From positions 29,264,001 to 29,328,000 of the forward strand of contig CM069155.1 in NCBI GenBank assembly GCA_035221665.1: a DNA stretch of 64,000 nucleotides, written 5' to 3'. Numbering within the stretch: position 1 is the first letter of the stretch; every line of letters begins with the position of its first letter. Origin of the DNA: Okamejei kenojei (taxonomy: Eukaryota). The notes under the pieces were generated by a model that saw only the letters and a list, made by a program, of their open reading frames with translations, was not told the origin of the DNA and did no database searches. Both the position numbers and the translations under genes were made by a program. Shown here piece by piece: positions 1 through 10,984 of this stretch.

Positions 1-65
1 ATTTCTGTATGTCTCTGGTTTAAATGGGAGTTAAGAGTCAACCATATTGAGTTGGAGTCACTTAC

Positions 66-81
66 AGGGTTGACTGAAGAA
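66..81 (-). CDS. Possible 16-nt micro-exon (V)LQST
   Basis: ctaaagtccttccag| acceptor and |gtaagt donor, 68-nt upstream intron; changes phase 1 to 2. Confidence 0.2.
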
Positions 82-149
82 CTGGAAGGACTTTAGTGAA
101 TTTCATTCTAGCCTAATTTCGATAAAGTAAATGATTACCGTTATCTTAC

Positions 150-224
150 CCTTGAGCTCTAACATTGACATCAGGGTTGAGTTCAGTTCTTCCAGCTTTT
201 GCATCTCGTCTGATAAATTTGCCA
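150..224 (-). CDS. Neck exon (75 nt, phase 1-1) (L/V)ANLSDEMQKLEELNSTLMSMLELK
   Basis: gcatttag| acceptor, AAGG|gtaaga donor, open frame, NLS and NST sequons, clear heptad pattern. Confidence 0.7.
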
Positions 225-672
225 CTAAATGCATTTAAACACAAATACACAATTACATGTTTAATAAGGTGCAGACATTTTAAAGTAATTGTTCTTTTGA
301 AAAGTTAGTGGGCAATCTTTTGTGAACAAAAATGGCTTTGTTGGGGAAGAGAAAATCAGGTATAGTATAGAGTAGAGCAAATTCACCTACATTTTATGGA
401 TGGATGGATGGATTACATTCTGGATGCCTCAGAAATTAATTTCCTATTTTTTCAGCAGGATTCTCATTATCTAAACATTTTACTCCTACTCTCAAAATTC
501 ACCTGACCAAGCCTTTTGTCAGTTAATCAACAATTCTTATTTGTAGACAGAATAATCTTAACTGACCCCGTTTCATCTGAGACAATGCAACTTAAATGGC
601 CAGCTTTCTCAGTCACTTAATACTTAGACCGTTCAGCAGCAATTTAACTAATTACTGATTGTTAATACTTAC

Positions 673-727
673 ATGACATTTTATTTTCAACAAAGCAATG
701 CCTATATCCCTTACTAAATATTTGAAG
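673..727 (-). CDS. Candidate short neck exon, approx. ASNISKDI...ENKMS
   Basis: aattttgtag| acceptor, TCAT|gtaagt donor; 55 nt, needs indel correction in homopolymers; terminal T plus TG of the next exon gives Leu. Confidence 0.35.
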
Positions 728-779
728 CTACAAAATTATTTATTTCTAAAATACAACATTGATCAGCAGTAATATTACC

Positions 780-1394
780 CATATCAATCTGAGGTATGTT
801 TTACCAAATCATATTCCCTTCATTTTTACTGCCAGCAGGGCTAACAGGGGAATATTTTCTTATATTCCCCATTTAGCCAACCCTATGGAGTTTGCCTGTT
901 TAAACAGCGGGGAATATAACCTTATATTCCCTTGGTCTCACATCCGGGAACGTGACGCTGCGTGACGGCAACGTCACGCTGCGTAGGAAATTTAAAATTT
1001 ATTCTCAAAAAAAAAAAAATGGCGCCGTTTGCGAGAAAAGGTTCCCGTTTTAAAACTTCGACCTTCACATTGTCACATAAATGAATGACATAAATGTTAC
1101 ATTGTTTTAGTACCCTTATATACAATGTTGCAATGGTTTTAGTACCCTTCTTTACAATGTTGCAATGCATATTGCAAAATGTATAGATACATTCATATCA
1201 TATGAGATGTTCAGATTTTCCTCTAGATGTCTGATAATGGGGTAAATAATAACAATATTGACTGTCCTCTTTGGGAGATACGACATATATTGCCCTCACT
1301 AGATCCATATTGCCTCGTCTTCGATCGGGCAATATGAATCTACTTCAGGCAAAATATGTCGTATCCCCCTCAAGGCCCAGTCAATATTCTATTA
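780..1394. mobile_element. Non-autonomous hairpin-rich DNA element, Crypton-like
   Basis: ~70-bp-arm imperfect palindrome 1247-1394 (AATATTGACTG...CATATTGCC-loop-GGCAATATG...CAGTCAATATT) with loop cctcgtcttcgatcgg, plus two GGGGAATAT..ATATTCCC hairpins near 839-878 and 909-931. Architecture recalls Crypton-derived (Eulor-type) elements; boundaries approximate. Confidence 0.4.
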
Positions 1395-1877
1395 ATATTT
1401 AATCATCATTAACTTGCATTGCACAGGGACTCCTTGAATTGTGAATGATCTGACATTAAAAAAAATCAACATTTCACACACACTCTACTATATATTTTTA
1501 AAACATTTTAAGCTGGTAATAAGAATAATAACATATTTCATGGTATTCATTAATGTCCATATGCAGTAAATGTAGGTTGATTAACGTTGGTTAACGTTGT
1601 GGCAATTATTCAATTGAATGAATTAATTATAGCAAATGTAGGTAGAGTGATATGATGTCATTAGTTGTTAAAAAATAATGTTTCTGAATTACAGATAATT
1701 ACAGAATTATGGCTTGTGGATAGTTCTCAGGAACAGAATGCTTATGTAACCCAGGGACTGCCTGTACTTGTATATTGCATATTTTATTCTTAAATGGTTG
1801 AAATACTTTTCTGCATGAGAAATTTAAATGTTAACTGCCATCCCCAAATAGCTTTACTAATTAATTATCTTTCTTAC

Positions 1878-1973
1878 CAAGTGACTTCACTTGCTGGAGC
1901 TGCAAAGAAACGGAATCCTTGAATAACTGTATGGAATTTGAGTTCTGTTCTTGGACTTGAGAAAACTGCTTAT
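1878..1973 (-). CDS. Neck exon (96 nt, phase 1-1) DKQFSQVQEQNSNSIQLFKDSVSLQLQQVKSL
   Basis: gtgttttctcttccag| acceptor, CTTG|gtaaga donor; only the phase-1 frame is open; contained in ORF-track 1861..2055. Confidence 0.75.
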
Positions 1974-2164
1974 CTGGAAGAGAAAACACAAATATTTCAC
2001 AACACTTTAATTGGCTGCATAAACGAGGCCAAATTAGTGCAAAGAAGTTGATCATTTTTTACAAAGTGGAGAGAGCGATTCTGTTTTGTGGCACAGGACA
2101 TAACACAGTGACAGCAGTAATATTCACTCATTGTTCATGGGAGTGATTAAAACATTTTTATGGT

Positions 2165-2853
2165 GTCAAGTCAAGTCAAGAGAGTTTATTGTCATGTGTC
2201 CCAGACAGGACAATGCAATTCTTGCTTGCTGCAGTACAACAGAATATTTCCACCAATACGGACAGACTGTTGTCTGTGAATGAGGAAGTCGAGGATCCAA
2301 TTGCAGATGCGCAGAGATCCATATCTGAGATATCACCTCAGGACACTCTCCGTCGGCTCCGTGCAGGCCCCCATCCTCTCAGGACGTCCAGTCACTCTAC
2401 ACCTCCATCCCCCACCAGGACGTCGCCACCAGAGGAGCTGGACTGACACCCTCCTCGCCTAGCAGAGTTGGTCTATCTCGACCCGAAACGTCGCCTCTCT
2501 TCGCTCCTTAGATGCTGCTGCACCCGCTGAGTTTCTCCAGCCTGTGTACCCTCGATTCTCCAGCCATCTGCAGTTCCTTCTTTAATCCATATCTGAGAGC
2601 TTGGTAACCAGCTTGGAGGAGATGATGGTATTAAATGCCGAGCTGTAGTCAATGAACAACAGCCTGAAATATGAGTTTTTGTTGTCCAAGTGGTCCAGAG
2701 CGGAGTGGAGAGCCAGTGAGATCGCATCCACTGCTGATCTGTTGTCGTGGTAAGTGACTGCAGTGGGTCCAGGTTTTTTGTCGAGGTATGAGTTGATTTG
2801 CACCATGATCAGCCTCTCAAAGCACTTCATCACCACAGATGTTAGTGCCACTG
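2165..2853 (-). mobile_element. Rex1/Babar-type LINE fragments (RT piece plus 3' tail)
   Basis: ORF 2582..2851 ALTSVVMKCFERL...LLFIDYSSAFNTII is Rex1-type RT; (CTTGA)n tail at 2165-2180 matches the tail at ~31177-31206; interrupted by a Penelope-like fragment. Confidence 0.8.
2476..2585 (+). repeat. Penelope-like element terminal (pLTR) fragment
   Basis: tctcgacccgaaacgtcgcct...gatgctgctgcacccgctgagtttctccagc...catctgcagttcc; same family as the terminal region joined to GIY-YIG coding sequence at 42386-42792. Confidence 0.65.
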
Positions 2854-3640
2854 GTTGTGAATGCTGAAAAGCAATTTCTCATATTGCCCCTTTTGAATGG
2901 ACTCCAACTGGTTCACAGCAGGGCTGCCTTGCCTGAGTTCCTTGACTGTTGTCCCAAATAAAGAGAATAGATGACGTAACAAAGTTTAGAAGAAATAGAA
3001 TTCTCATCCACAAAATGTTGCCTGTGATGCAAAAATAATCTGCTGGCAGTGTGATCTGGTAGAAATGTGATACACACTAACCATGTAGAATGTAAAAGCA
3101 TTGAGACAGTGTGGGAAATATATCAGCTTGAGGGTATCTATATAATTAAAGCCTCATCTTGACCACTTCCTGTCTTCGCTGTATATTGATTTTAGAAAAA
3201 AAAATGCTACACTATATCACTATGATTTTTGGCCTCTTACTCACAGTGGTCCTCTCGCTGTGGTAGCCCAAGGATGTTTCGATCGATAAAAATTAAAAAA
3301 AATAATGAATATTTAAAAAATCTTGAGATCAGCTGATTGGTCCTCTCGCCTGTCAATCACTATGATGAAGGTAAAGTCCCTTCCAGGGGTGGGGGTGGGG
3401 GGCAAGGCTATAAAACCACAAATGCCTGGACGTGAGTCAGTCACTCTGGAAGATCACGAGGGAGAGGCCACAATTGTGATTCTGCTGTGAGTCTACTGAA
3501 CTGTGAGTCAACTGATCTGTGAGTCTACCCTTTATGTGCTCGATGTGGTTATGTGGTGATGTGCTTTATGTGGTTATGTGCTTTGTGTGGTTAACCCTTA
3601 ATGTGCTTGCAATAAATGATTTGTTAGCTAGCAATGTGCT

Positions 3641-3765
3641 TGAAGGGTCTCGACCTGAAACGTCGCCTATCTCCTTCGCTCCTTATATGCTGCTGCACCC
3701 GCTGAGTTTCTCCAGCCTTTTGTGTACCCTCGATTCTCAGCATCTGCAGTTCCTTCTTTAACACA
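3641..3765 (+). repeat. Penelope-like terminal fragment nested in the Helitron minisatellite
   Basis: gaagggtctcgacctgaaacgtcgcctatc...gcatctgcagttccttc. Confidence 0.65.
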
Positions 3766-3789
3766 ACTGCTTGCAATGAATGATGATTT

Positions 3790-5772
3790 TGTGGCGTCAA
3801 CCTAAACACGGGCGCTTATGGTCGAACCCTCGTCAGGAGATGGAGATACGAGGGCGGGCACGTGACGTCATGGGCTAGAGGGAGTGTCCTGGTACTTAAG
3901 GAGTCTCACCTCGAGACCTTGGAGAGTCAACAGGTAGCTGAGCCCAAGAGTACAACCTCGCTCAGCTACAACAACATTGTAATATGGTTAGCGCACCAAC
4001 TTTCCATGTCACCACTGAATAAACAACACTTTGAACCGGCCTGATGTCTCACTATTATTCACCATGTATGGTGCCGCTACATTGGTGACCCAGACTGTCC
4101 AAATTGAAATTTTGGACTCAGATGAAGCACGCAGCCTCAGGAGACCTGATGTCTGCAGCCGGCTGCCCAGCCCTGAAGAACTACACTTCCGCCAACCAGG
4201 CCGTGCAGTAAGATATCTTCCCCGCCTCTTCCCCACCAGCTGCTGCTCACTGGAGCTGAGAAGCCACAGCTGCCACTGCTCTCCCGCTACCAGCAACGGG
4301 GCAGGCCCCGCTTCCAAACACCACACCGCTCCAGGCCTTGTGTGTCGGGCGCCGAGCTCCCCTGCATGACCTGCCAGGAGCCGACCACCGGAGGTGGAGA
4401 GGTTTTAGCAGCCGCCGCTTGCCTCACCAGGTGCAGCAGGAGCTGCTGAGAGTAGCAGCCTCCTGCCAAACAGCAATGCGACACACGCCCGACGGCCCTG
4501 GGAGCAGAGAAAGAGTACCAGCCGCTCTCCCGCTCCCGCTTCGACAACGGGACCCGGCCCTCACACCGCGAACATGGCTCCAGGCCGGGCACTGCATCGG
4601 GCCTCAGTGCTCCAAGCCTGGCACTGCTACAGACTCGCCACGGTCTCCGCGCACCTGCCCTGCACCCGCTGGCCACTGCCCAGGGCCTCCTACCCACCCA
4701 ATAGGCGCGGGCTTTCCTGGGTCGCCTGCCGAAGACAGCGCTTCTGCTCCTCACCGGTCTTGAATCGCTGGTGAACGCCGCCTCAGCCAGCCGGCAAAAT
4801 GGCCTCTAAGGCCTCCTCCAACAAGCGGCCAACCCAACTACATAAATGGCCGCCCGCGGACCGGCCGGAAGAGAAGCTCGTAACTTACCGTCCACAGCAC
4901 CACCTTCGGGCCTGGATGTCGTCCTTAACAACCTGACCACCGACAACAGCGCCTCATTCAGGCCGTGAGGCTGTCACTGCAACACAGCTTTCCTATCCTG
5001 CACGTATGAACACTGGAAGTTTGAACTTTGGACACTGATTGCACTGTAATTTGTCTTTTTACTGTACATTTTTTGTGTTCACTGCATTTCCACGCTCGGT
5101 TCAGAAATTAGTTTGCTTATTTTATTTAGTTTTTTTCCCCTCATCGTTGCTGGGGGCCGTATTTCACAGGACACTCTCCCTTAGCTGGTCAAGGAGATGC
5201 AACCGTGTCTCTTCCATCCGGCAGCTTCTGCATCGGTCTCCTCGCACCCCTTGGTACTCTGGGATCTCACACGCAGAGCGTTCACTGCGCTCGTGGGGAG
5301 ATCCGTCCCGACCCTCGCCAGGGGTGTCCCACTGACCCCTTCCGTTTCCGGCGGCTTCTGCATCAGTCTCTTCGCACCCCTTGATACCTCAGGATCGCCC
5401 GCAGAGCGGTCACTGCGCCCGTGGAGCCCCTCTGTCCCAACCAACGCCCGGGGTTGTCCCAGACCCACATGCAGGAGCCGCCCTTGAGCATGCTATTCCT
5501 TCCTCCCGTTCTGGGGGGGGTGGGGAGGGCTGTGGGCGGGACATGACGTCATGGGCTAGAGGGCTCGTGTCGTTATGGGGTACTTAAGGTCTCTCACCTC
5601 TTCGAGACCTTGGAGAGTCAACAGGTAGCCGAGCCGAGAGTACAACCTCCCTACAGCAACATTGTTAATATGGTTAGCGCACCAAAAAACTTACCATGTC
5701 ACCACTGAGTAAACAACACTTTGAACCCGGCCTGACGTCTCACCTTTATTCACCACATATGGTGCCGCTGCA
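3790..5772 (+). mobile_element. Non-autonomous Gypsy-type LTR retrotransposon (~2 kb)
   Basis: 5' LTR 3790-4081 (TGTGGCG...CGCTACA); 3' LTR 5531-5772 (TG...CGCTGCA, ~50-60 bp deleted); PBS TGGTGACCCAGAC at 4083 (tRNA-Trp-like); G-rich PPT 5513-5530; 4-bp TSD ATTT; GC box, CRE TGACGTCA and AATAAA in the LTR; no RT/IN motifs inside. Confidence 0.85.
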
Positions 5773-6346
5773 ATTTGTTAACCCTTAATGTGCTTGCAAT
5801 AAATGATTTGTTAGCCAGCAATGTGCTTGCAATGAATGGTGATTTGTGAAGCCTTATTGTGCTCTGCAATAAATGATTTGTTAGCGCTTAATGAATGAAA
5901 TGAATTGTTTGGCCCTGCCCTGTGCTTTTGCTTTGCCTTTCCTTTGCATGACCCAACCTACATTTAAACAATGAGGCACGGCATTTTAACAGCTGATGGA
6001 ATGGAAGCTAGGTACTCACAATCATCACAGACTCAACCTGAAGAACACATTCTCTCTTCTTGAGGGGTCAGTGTTACTCATACTGTCATCTTTGAATGCC
6101 AAGCCTCACAATTCTATACCAAATGTGAATAGCATCATGGACCACCTCTCTGGTACAGTACTGTTATTACACACCGGTGTTGAGAAGGAATTGGTGAGTA
6201 CTTATGACCTATCCATCAACAGTAATATGCCTCAGGTTAGATGCCTGGTACAAAAATATCTGATTTGCAATTGAATTGACTAACCCTGTTGAGTATATTG
6301 TTGGCAAGGTAAAAATTCTCCTCCACTAAACTGTCATTGCACTATT

Positions 6347-6675
6347 GGGTAGCACAGTGGCACAGCTTTAGCACACCTTGCAGAGCCAGAGACCGGGGTT
6401 CAATTCTGACTTCAGGTACTGTCAGTGTGGGGTTTGCACTATGGTCTCCCCTTGGTGCGCTGGTTTTCTCCCACATCCCACAATTGCTTTTGGATTGGCC
6501 ACAGTAAATTGCTCCTAATGTGGAGGTGAATGGTTGTTTTTGAGCGAGAATGGGAATGTGGGGAAAATAAAAATGAAATTAATGTAAGGTGGTTAGTGTA
6601 AATTGTTGACGGAGTGCAGACTTGAGGGGATGAAGTGCAGACTTGATGGGCTTAAGGCCTGTTTGTGTGCTGGAT
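6347..6675 (+). mobile_element. tRNA-derived SINE (HE1/V-SINE-like), degenerate
   Basis: A box gcacagtggcacagc, B box ggttcaattc, core gtgtggggtttgcac...ttctcccacatcc, CR1-like tail ggcctgttt. Confidence 0.7.
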
Positions 6676-6774
6676 AAAATAATACCGCACACAGCAAAGC
6701 AACAGGCTCTTCAGCCATTATGATTATCAATATCTGTATACTTTAATTCAGTAGTAACCTAATTTTTTCCCTCA

Positions 6775-6990
6775 AAATCCCCATCAACTCTCCATCTCCC
6801 AACCCACTCCCCCTCCACACACCTACACTGCAGGAAATTGTTGAACCAGCAATATGCCCACATCTTTGGCAGGTGGGATGAAACCAGACACACCCAGATA
6901 AGTCCACAAACCGGGGGGAATAGATGCAAATCTCTGCAGGCAATATCTTGTGATCAGAATCTCTGATATTGCCTGATCTCTCGCTATGAG
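6775..6990 (-). mobile_element. Degenerate SINE fragment
   Basis: Reverse complement of the same core (cacatctttggcaggtgggatgaaacc...atgcaaatctc). Confidence 0.5.
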
Positions 6991-7166
6991 TCAGTAGGGC
7001 TAATTATACCCTTCAAATACAAGAACAGTTCTGTGTAACAACTTTCAGGCTGAATGATGAGCTATTTACGATAGAATTAGAGATCACATTCAGAACAGTC
7101 AATGTATAAATATTTGCTACACCTCGTTATTTTCTTATGATGTAAATGGGTTTTTTTCTCTCTCAC

Positions 7167-7251
7167 CGGCTTCCTTCAGAGTCTGCACATTCAATCGACC
7201 CGTTGAGAGGGAATCTTGCATTGTTTTGAATGTTGTCCAGAACTATTACAG
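7167..7251 (-). CDS. Neck exon (85 nt as sequenced, 84 expected) AVIVLDNIQ/TMQDSLSTGRLNVQTLKEA
   Basis: cctttttcag| acceptor, GCCG|gtgaga donor; removing one A from the A4 run in ATTCAAAACAATG gives a phase 1-1, 28-codon exon. Confidence 0.55.
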
Positions 7252-7706
7252 CTGAAAAAGGCATGTTTAAACAAAAATAAATGCATGGTACATCTTCAGT
7301 CACAGATAAACTTAGAATCAAATGAAGAGACGGTTGTTGGAGTCAGTTTGTTAGAGTTATCCAATTATTTTCCACTCAGCAGTTCTTCATCCAAAACTCA
7401 TTTTTTTCTCCTCTCACGTATTTACAACAATCTCTATTGGGGGTATTAGTACTGTGAATCGGCTTCCTCTATCTCCTGTACCAAAATGTTTTTATGGCAT
7501 AATGCTTCTTCGGCTCCTGAGAGCTGCTTTCCTAGGAACTTCTACCATTGGGAATGTGTTGGACTAGAAATCTTACTTTAAAAAATTAATGGTTTAATGT
7601 AACATCTGGACTTACTGTTTGCTGCAATGTGCGCTGGAGGAAGATTCATTCTGCACTCAGAGGTAAGTGTAAGTGTGCACTTGAGGCTCACACACCCCCT
7701 ACAATT

Positions 7707-7845
7707 GGTCTGAAGAAGTGTCCCGACCTGAAATGTCACCTATACCATTTTCCACGGAGATGTTGCCTGACCCTGCTGCGTTCCTCCATAATTTTGTGTC
7801 TATGTATCAGTATAAACCAGGATCTGCAGTTCCTTTTTATTGCAT
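7707..7845 (+). repeat. Penelope-like terminal fragment with hammerhead-like core
   Basis: ggtCTGAAGAagtgtcccgacctGAAAtgtcacc followed by the family body. Confidence 0.6.
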
Positions 7846-8328
7846 TTTGATTTTGATTTACTTGGGTATGATCTCGTAAAACTCCTGATATCTAGTTAAG
7901 TGTTCTAATGCATGATATTTCTATTAACATTATATTACATTCTTTTTAAATATGAAAGCTTTGAATATTATTTGTAGCTTATCATCATATTATGTTAAAA
8001 TTCATCATGAAACCAGGTTTGCATGTGTTGTATTTCTACAATTGCTAAATAATGTTTTATTATGAATAGAATGAAATAAAATAGTAAGCACAGAAACAGG
8101 TGCCCCTTCGCAACATTGTCACCCCTTTTTAGCAGGTTACACTCAAGCTTCTCTGCCATCACTGTGATCCATATCCCTCTATTCCTGGCATATCCATGTG
8201 TCAGGATAGAGGGATATGGGTCACATTTTGGGTTGTTTCAGGTTGTGGCCCTTCCTCGTTGTCCATTTCCTCCAAAAAATCACGGATCCACTGAAATCCT
8301 CCAGGACTTTACATTAGGCTCAAGATTC

Positions 8329-8466
8329 GGTGTGGAAGATTGCACCCTTCACGTTGTCCGCCCTGTTTCGACTAATGCAATCAACTCGATCATGCACAAA
8401 CAGAAGATCAAATGGAACAAGTTGTCCTACAACTTTAGGCTGTGCACGCCACACGAAAGAAGAAGA
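8329..8466 (+). mobile_element. Short 5'-truncated non-LTR retroelement 3' end with (GAA)n tail (RTE-like)
   Basis: 13-bp TSD AGGCTCAAGATTC (8316-8328) / AGGCTCGAGATTC (8467-8479); tail aagaagaagaag. Confidence 0.65.
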
Positions 8467-9048
8467 AGGCTCGAGATTCCAGTTCCTGCAGTTCCTTAGG
8501 ATCTCCATTTGTTCTGATTGTATTTGTTCTGACCACAAATGTGCAATGAGTACAATTGGCAAGCACTGTGTCAATTCTAGTTTAGGAAGGGATAGTTCAT
8601 CTTGAAATTAAAGTATAAAACACATGCTTTTGTGTCAGAGGTGTGTTCCACATGTCTTCAAATCTCAGGAAGTTTCTTACACCATTCCCAAAGAAATGAT
8701 GGTGCTGTTTTGTTATTGTTCAATGCTTATTTAAAAAAATTAATTTAATACAAATAAAACGTATGTGGGAGTTGAAGGACATGATGCAATTACAAAGGCA
8801 ATTTACATTTTTATTTGACAATGTATCTGCCAGAATGACTGTGCATCAAAACTTTCCAATGACCATTTTTCTGGCAGATGCACGATTATATGCATTCCTT
8901 CCAAGATAAAGTAAGGGTGTTTTCTTCATGTGTAAATGTGAAAAAATGCATAGATTCATTTCATTGTCACAATTGTGCCATTGGAATAATTTTTGAAGCA
9001 GTTTGAATTTTTTTCTTAAGTTATTTCATAAAAAATGGAATCTCCTAC

Positions 9049-9144
9049 CTTTTTGTTCCATTCTTTGAAATTTGGATAGAAGTGAAGAATTAACATTATT
9101 TAGAGACACAGTAATCACGTTTAGGTTCTCTGATATCTGGATAC
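9049..9144 (-). CDS. Neck exon (96 nt, phase 1-1) GIQISENLNVITVSLNNVNSSLLSKFQRMEQK
   Basis: tttttctttactgtccag| acceptor, AAAG|gtagga donor, open frame, NSS sequon, heptad character. Confidence 0.75.
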
Positions 9145-9659
9145 CTGGACAGTAAAGAAAAATCACAAAAATGGACACTGTTGGTCAAATTGGATGGAAT
9201 TCTGCCATGAGGCCAGATATTACCCCAGCAATTTACCCTTTGTCTCTCCAGTGTGTAAAATGATCAGGTTTTGATTGGACCATTACTATAAATCTAGGAA
9301 TCTAGCTCATCTCTGGGTCGTGACTGAACTGAAGTCCTCTTGTTTGGCCTCTCATCTTCCATCTCCAACATAAACTTGATTCTAGAAAGGGGTCTGATCC
9401 GAAAATTGTCCTCTTTCCATTCCCTCTACAAATGCTGCCCGGACCGTTGTTATCGGTGGCACTTTGTCTTTCACATGAACTTGGGCTCTACTGAAACTTT
9501 ACCATCTGTATTCTCATTGAAATGAAGTGCCATATATCCATTTCTACATTTTATTCCCCATTCAACACTGCTCCATTCTGAAAATTGTCATCTTTTTATG
9601 TTGCTTAACCCCTGCCCACTTCAGAAAGTGGAAGCTGGGAGGCCACATACTGGTTTTTA

Positions 9660-9880
9660 TTTGTGGAGAGAGTTAGCAGCTTCAACGTCATGGGCATTGC
9701 CATCTCAGATAACCTGTCCTGGGCCCAGCACATAGATATTATTATGAAGAAGACATGCCAGCATATCTACTTTCTTAGACGTTTAAAGAGATTTGGCATG
9801 TCACTGAATAGTCTATCAAACTTCTACAGATGCATTGCAGAAAGTATTCTGACTGGCCTGGTTAGATTCTTGAACTGACC
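9660..9880 (+). mobile_element. Rex1-type LINE ORF2 C-terminal fragment
   Basis: VERVSSF..GI.ISDNLSW..H..KK..QH.YFLRRLKRFGMS...L.NFYRC..ESILTG. Confidence 0.8.
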
Positions 9881-10321
9881 CGCACAACTCTGATCCTACT
9901 GCAGCAATGGAACACTATGGACCACCATTTTCACTAACATGGAGTTGTTTTCTAATTGTGTTTTGCACTGCACTAATATCCTACTTTTGCGTCTTTTTTT
10001 TTTTGACAATCTCTGGAAAGGGGAAAGCCTCTACGATCTTGTGTTTCCAAACATTCTTCTCTCAAACTACCTGTACTCTATCCTCTTTGCTTCCCAACAT
10101 TTTCTCCCTCCTTGATGGTTGTAAACTCCTTGAGAGGTGCTGAATGGTTTGCATGTGGAATTTTCACGCCTTTGTTACCACAATCCCTCACAATGTTTAT
10201 TTATAATTCAAATTTACTCTCAAATTGTCATGTGCGTAGAAATTCTTCCCCCTGATGAACTTTTCCTCAACCAAAATTTTAATAACGCTTTTGCTTTGCT
10301 TTATTAAGGAGGATTACATTC

Positions 10322-10417
10322 CTTCTTCTTTAAGATGTAGTTTAGCTAGAGGAGAGTTGACATGTTTAGTTCCTTAAAGAGTTTGCCATTTGGTTATGGT
10401 GATAACGAGCTGTAAAT
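10322..10417 (-). CDS. Degenerate or mis-sequenced neck exon (96 nt), DLQL...ANSL.ELNMS...KLHLKEE
   Basis: ttttgtgtttag| acceptor; same 96-nt length as 9049-9144 and similar peptide; internal TAA, and the donor reads GA instead of GT. Confidence 0.35.
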
Positions 10418-10984
10418 CTAAACACAAAATGGATTGTAAAGTTATTTCACAAGTTAAATAGTTTACTATTTTGAAATGAAGGTAATTTTAAAAAGCCTTC
10501 TGTTCAGATTGTGTTTATGTTATGCTGGGAACGTATTTAAAGCAAGTCTGTCCTTCTGCTGTATGGATGCTGCCTGTCCTGCTGAGTTTTCCAGCTTTTT
10601 GTGATCTACTAATTCAAACGTGGATTACTTCCCATCGCCTTTGACAGTGTAACAATAATAACAAGTGTTAGTTGATATTAAAATGTGAGCACCATTGCCC
10701 AACAATGCAATCTAGTTTTGGCCACTAAAACCAGATGGATTTACGTCATGGCATATTTAGGTCTTTAACAATAATCGGTAAAAAATGCAATATTGGAAGC
10801 ACAATGATTTACTGTGGTTTTATCACCCCTGAAGCACATCACTGAAGTGGGGGGTAGAGGGGTTCGTGCAGAAGCCAGCTGGGCATCACCTATTCTTCAA
10901 TACAAATGGTTTGCATTCAGAGGAAGACATTATTTCTTAAAGGCATATCCCTGTGGGAGACGAATGATAAGATTTATAAGATTC

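Larger units (their letters stand above)
3137..5945 (+). mobile_element. Non-autonomous Helitron, 5' part (3' end not found), carrying an AATGTGCTTGCAATAAATGATTTG minisatellite
   Basis: A|TCTATATAATTAAAG start like the Helitron 5' end at 14747; minisatellite on both sides of the LTR insertion (3590-3790, 5773-5895); right boundary approximate. Confidence 0.5.

Noticed and set aside
397-413. (GGAT)n microsatellite, also (CA)n at 14679 and 21296
   Set aside because: Ordinary short tandem repeats.
4009-5587. Many overlapping ORFs in the LTR-element interior
   Set aside because: Expected in GC-rich DNA; no gag, protease, RT or integrase motif recognised.
6020-6037. 18-nt candidate micro-exon on the minus strand (ttcttcag|...|gtgagt)
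   Set aside because: The phase-1 reading begins xGT TGA (stop), incompatible with neighbouring exons.
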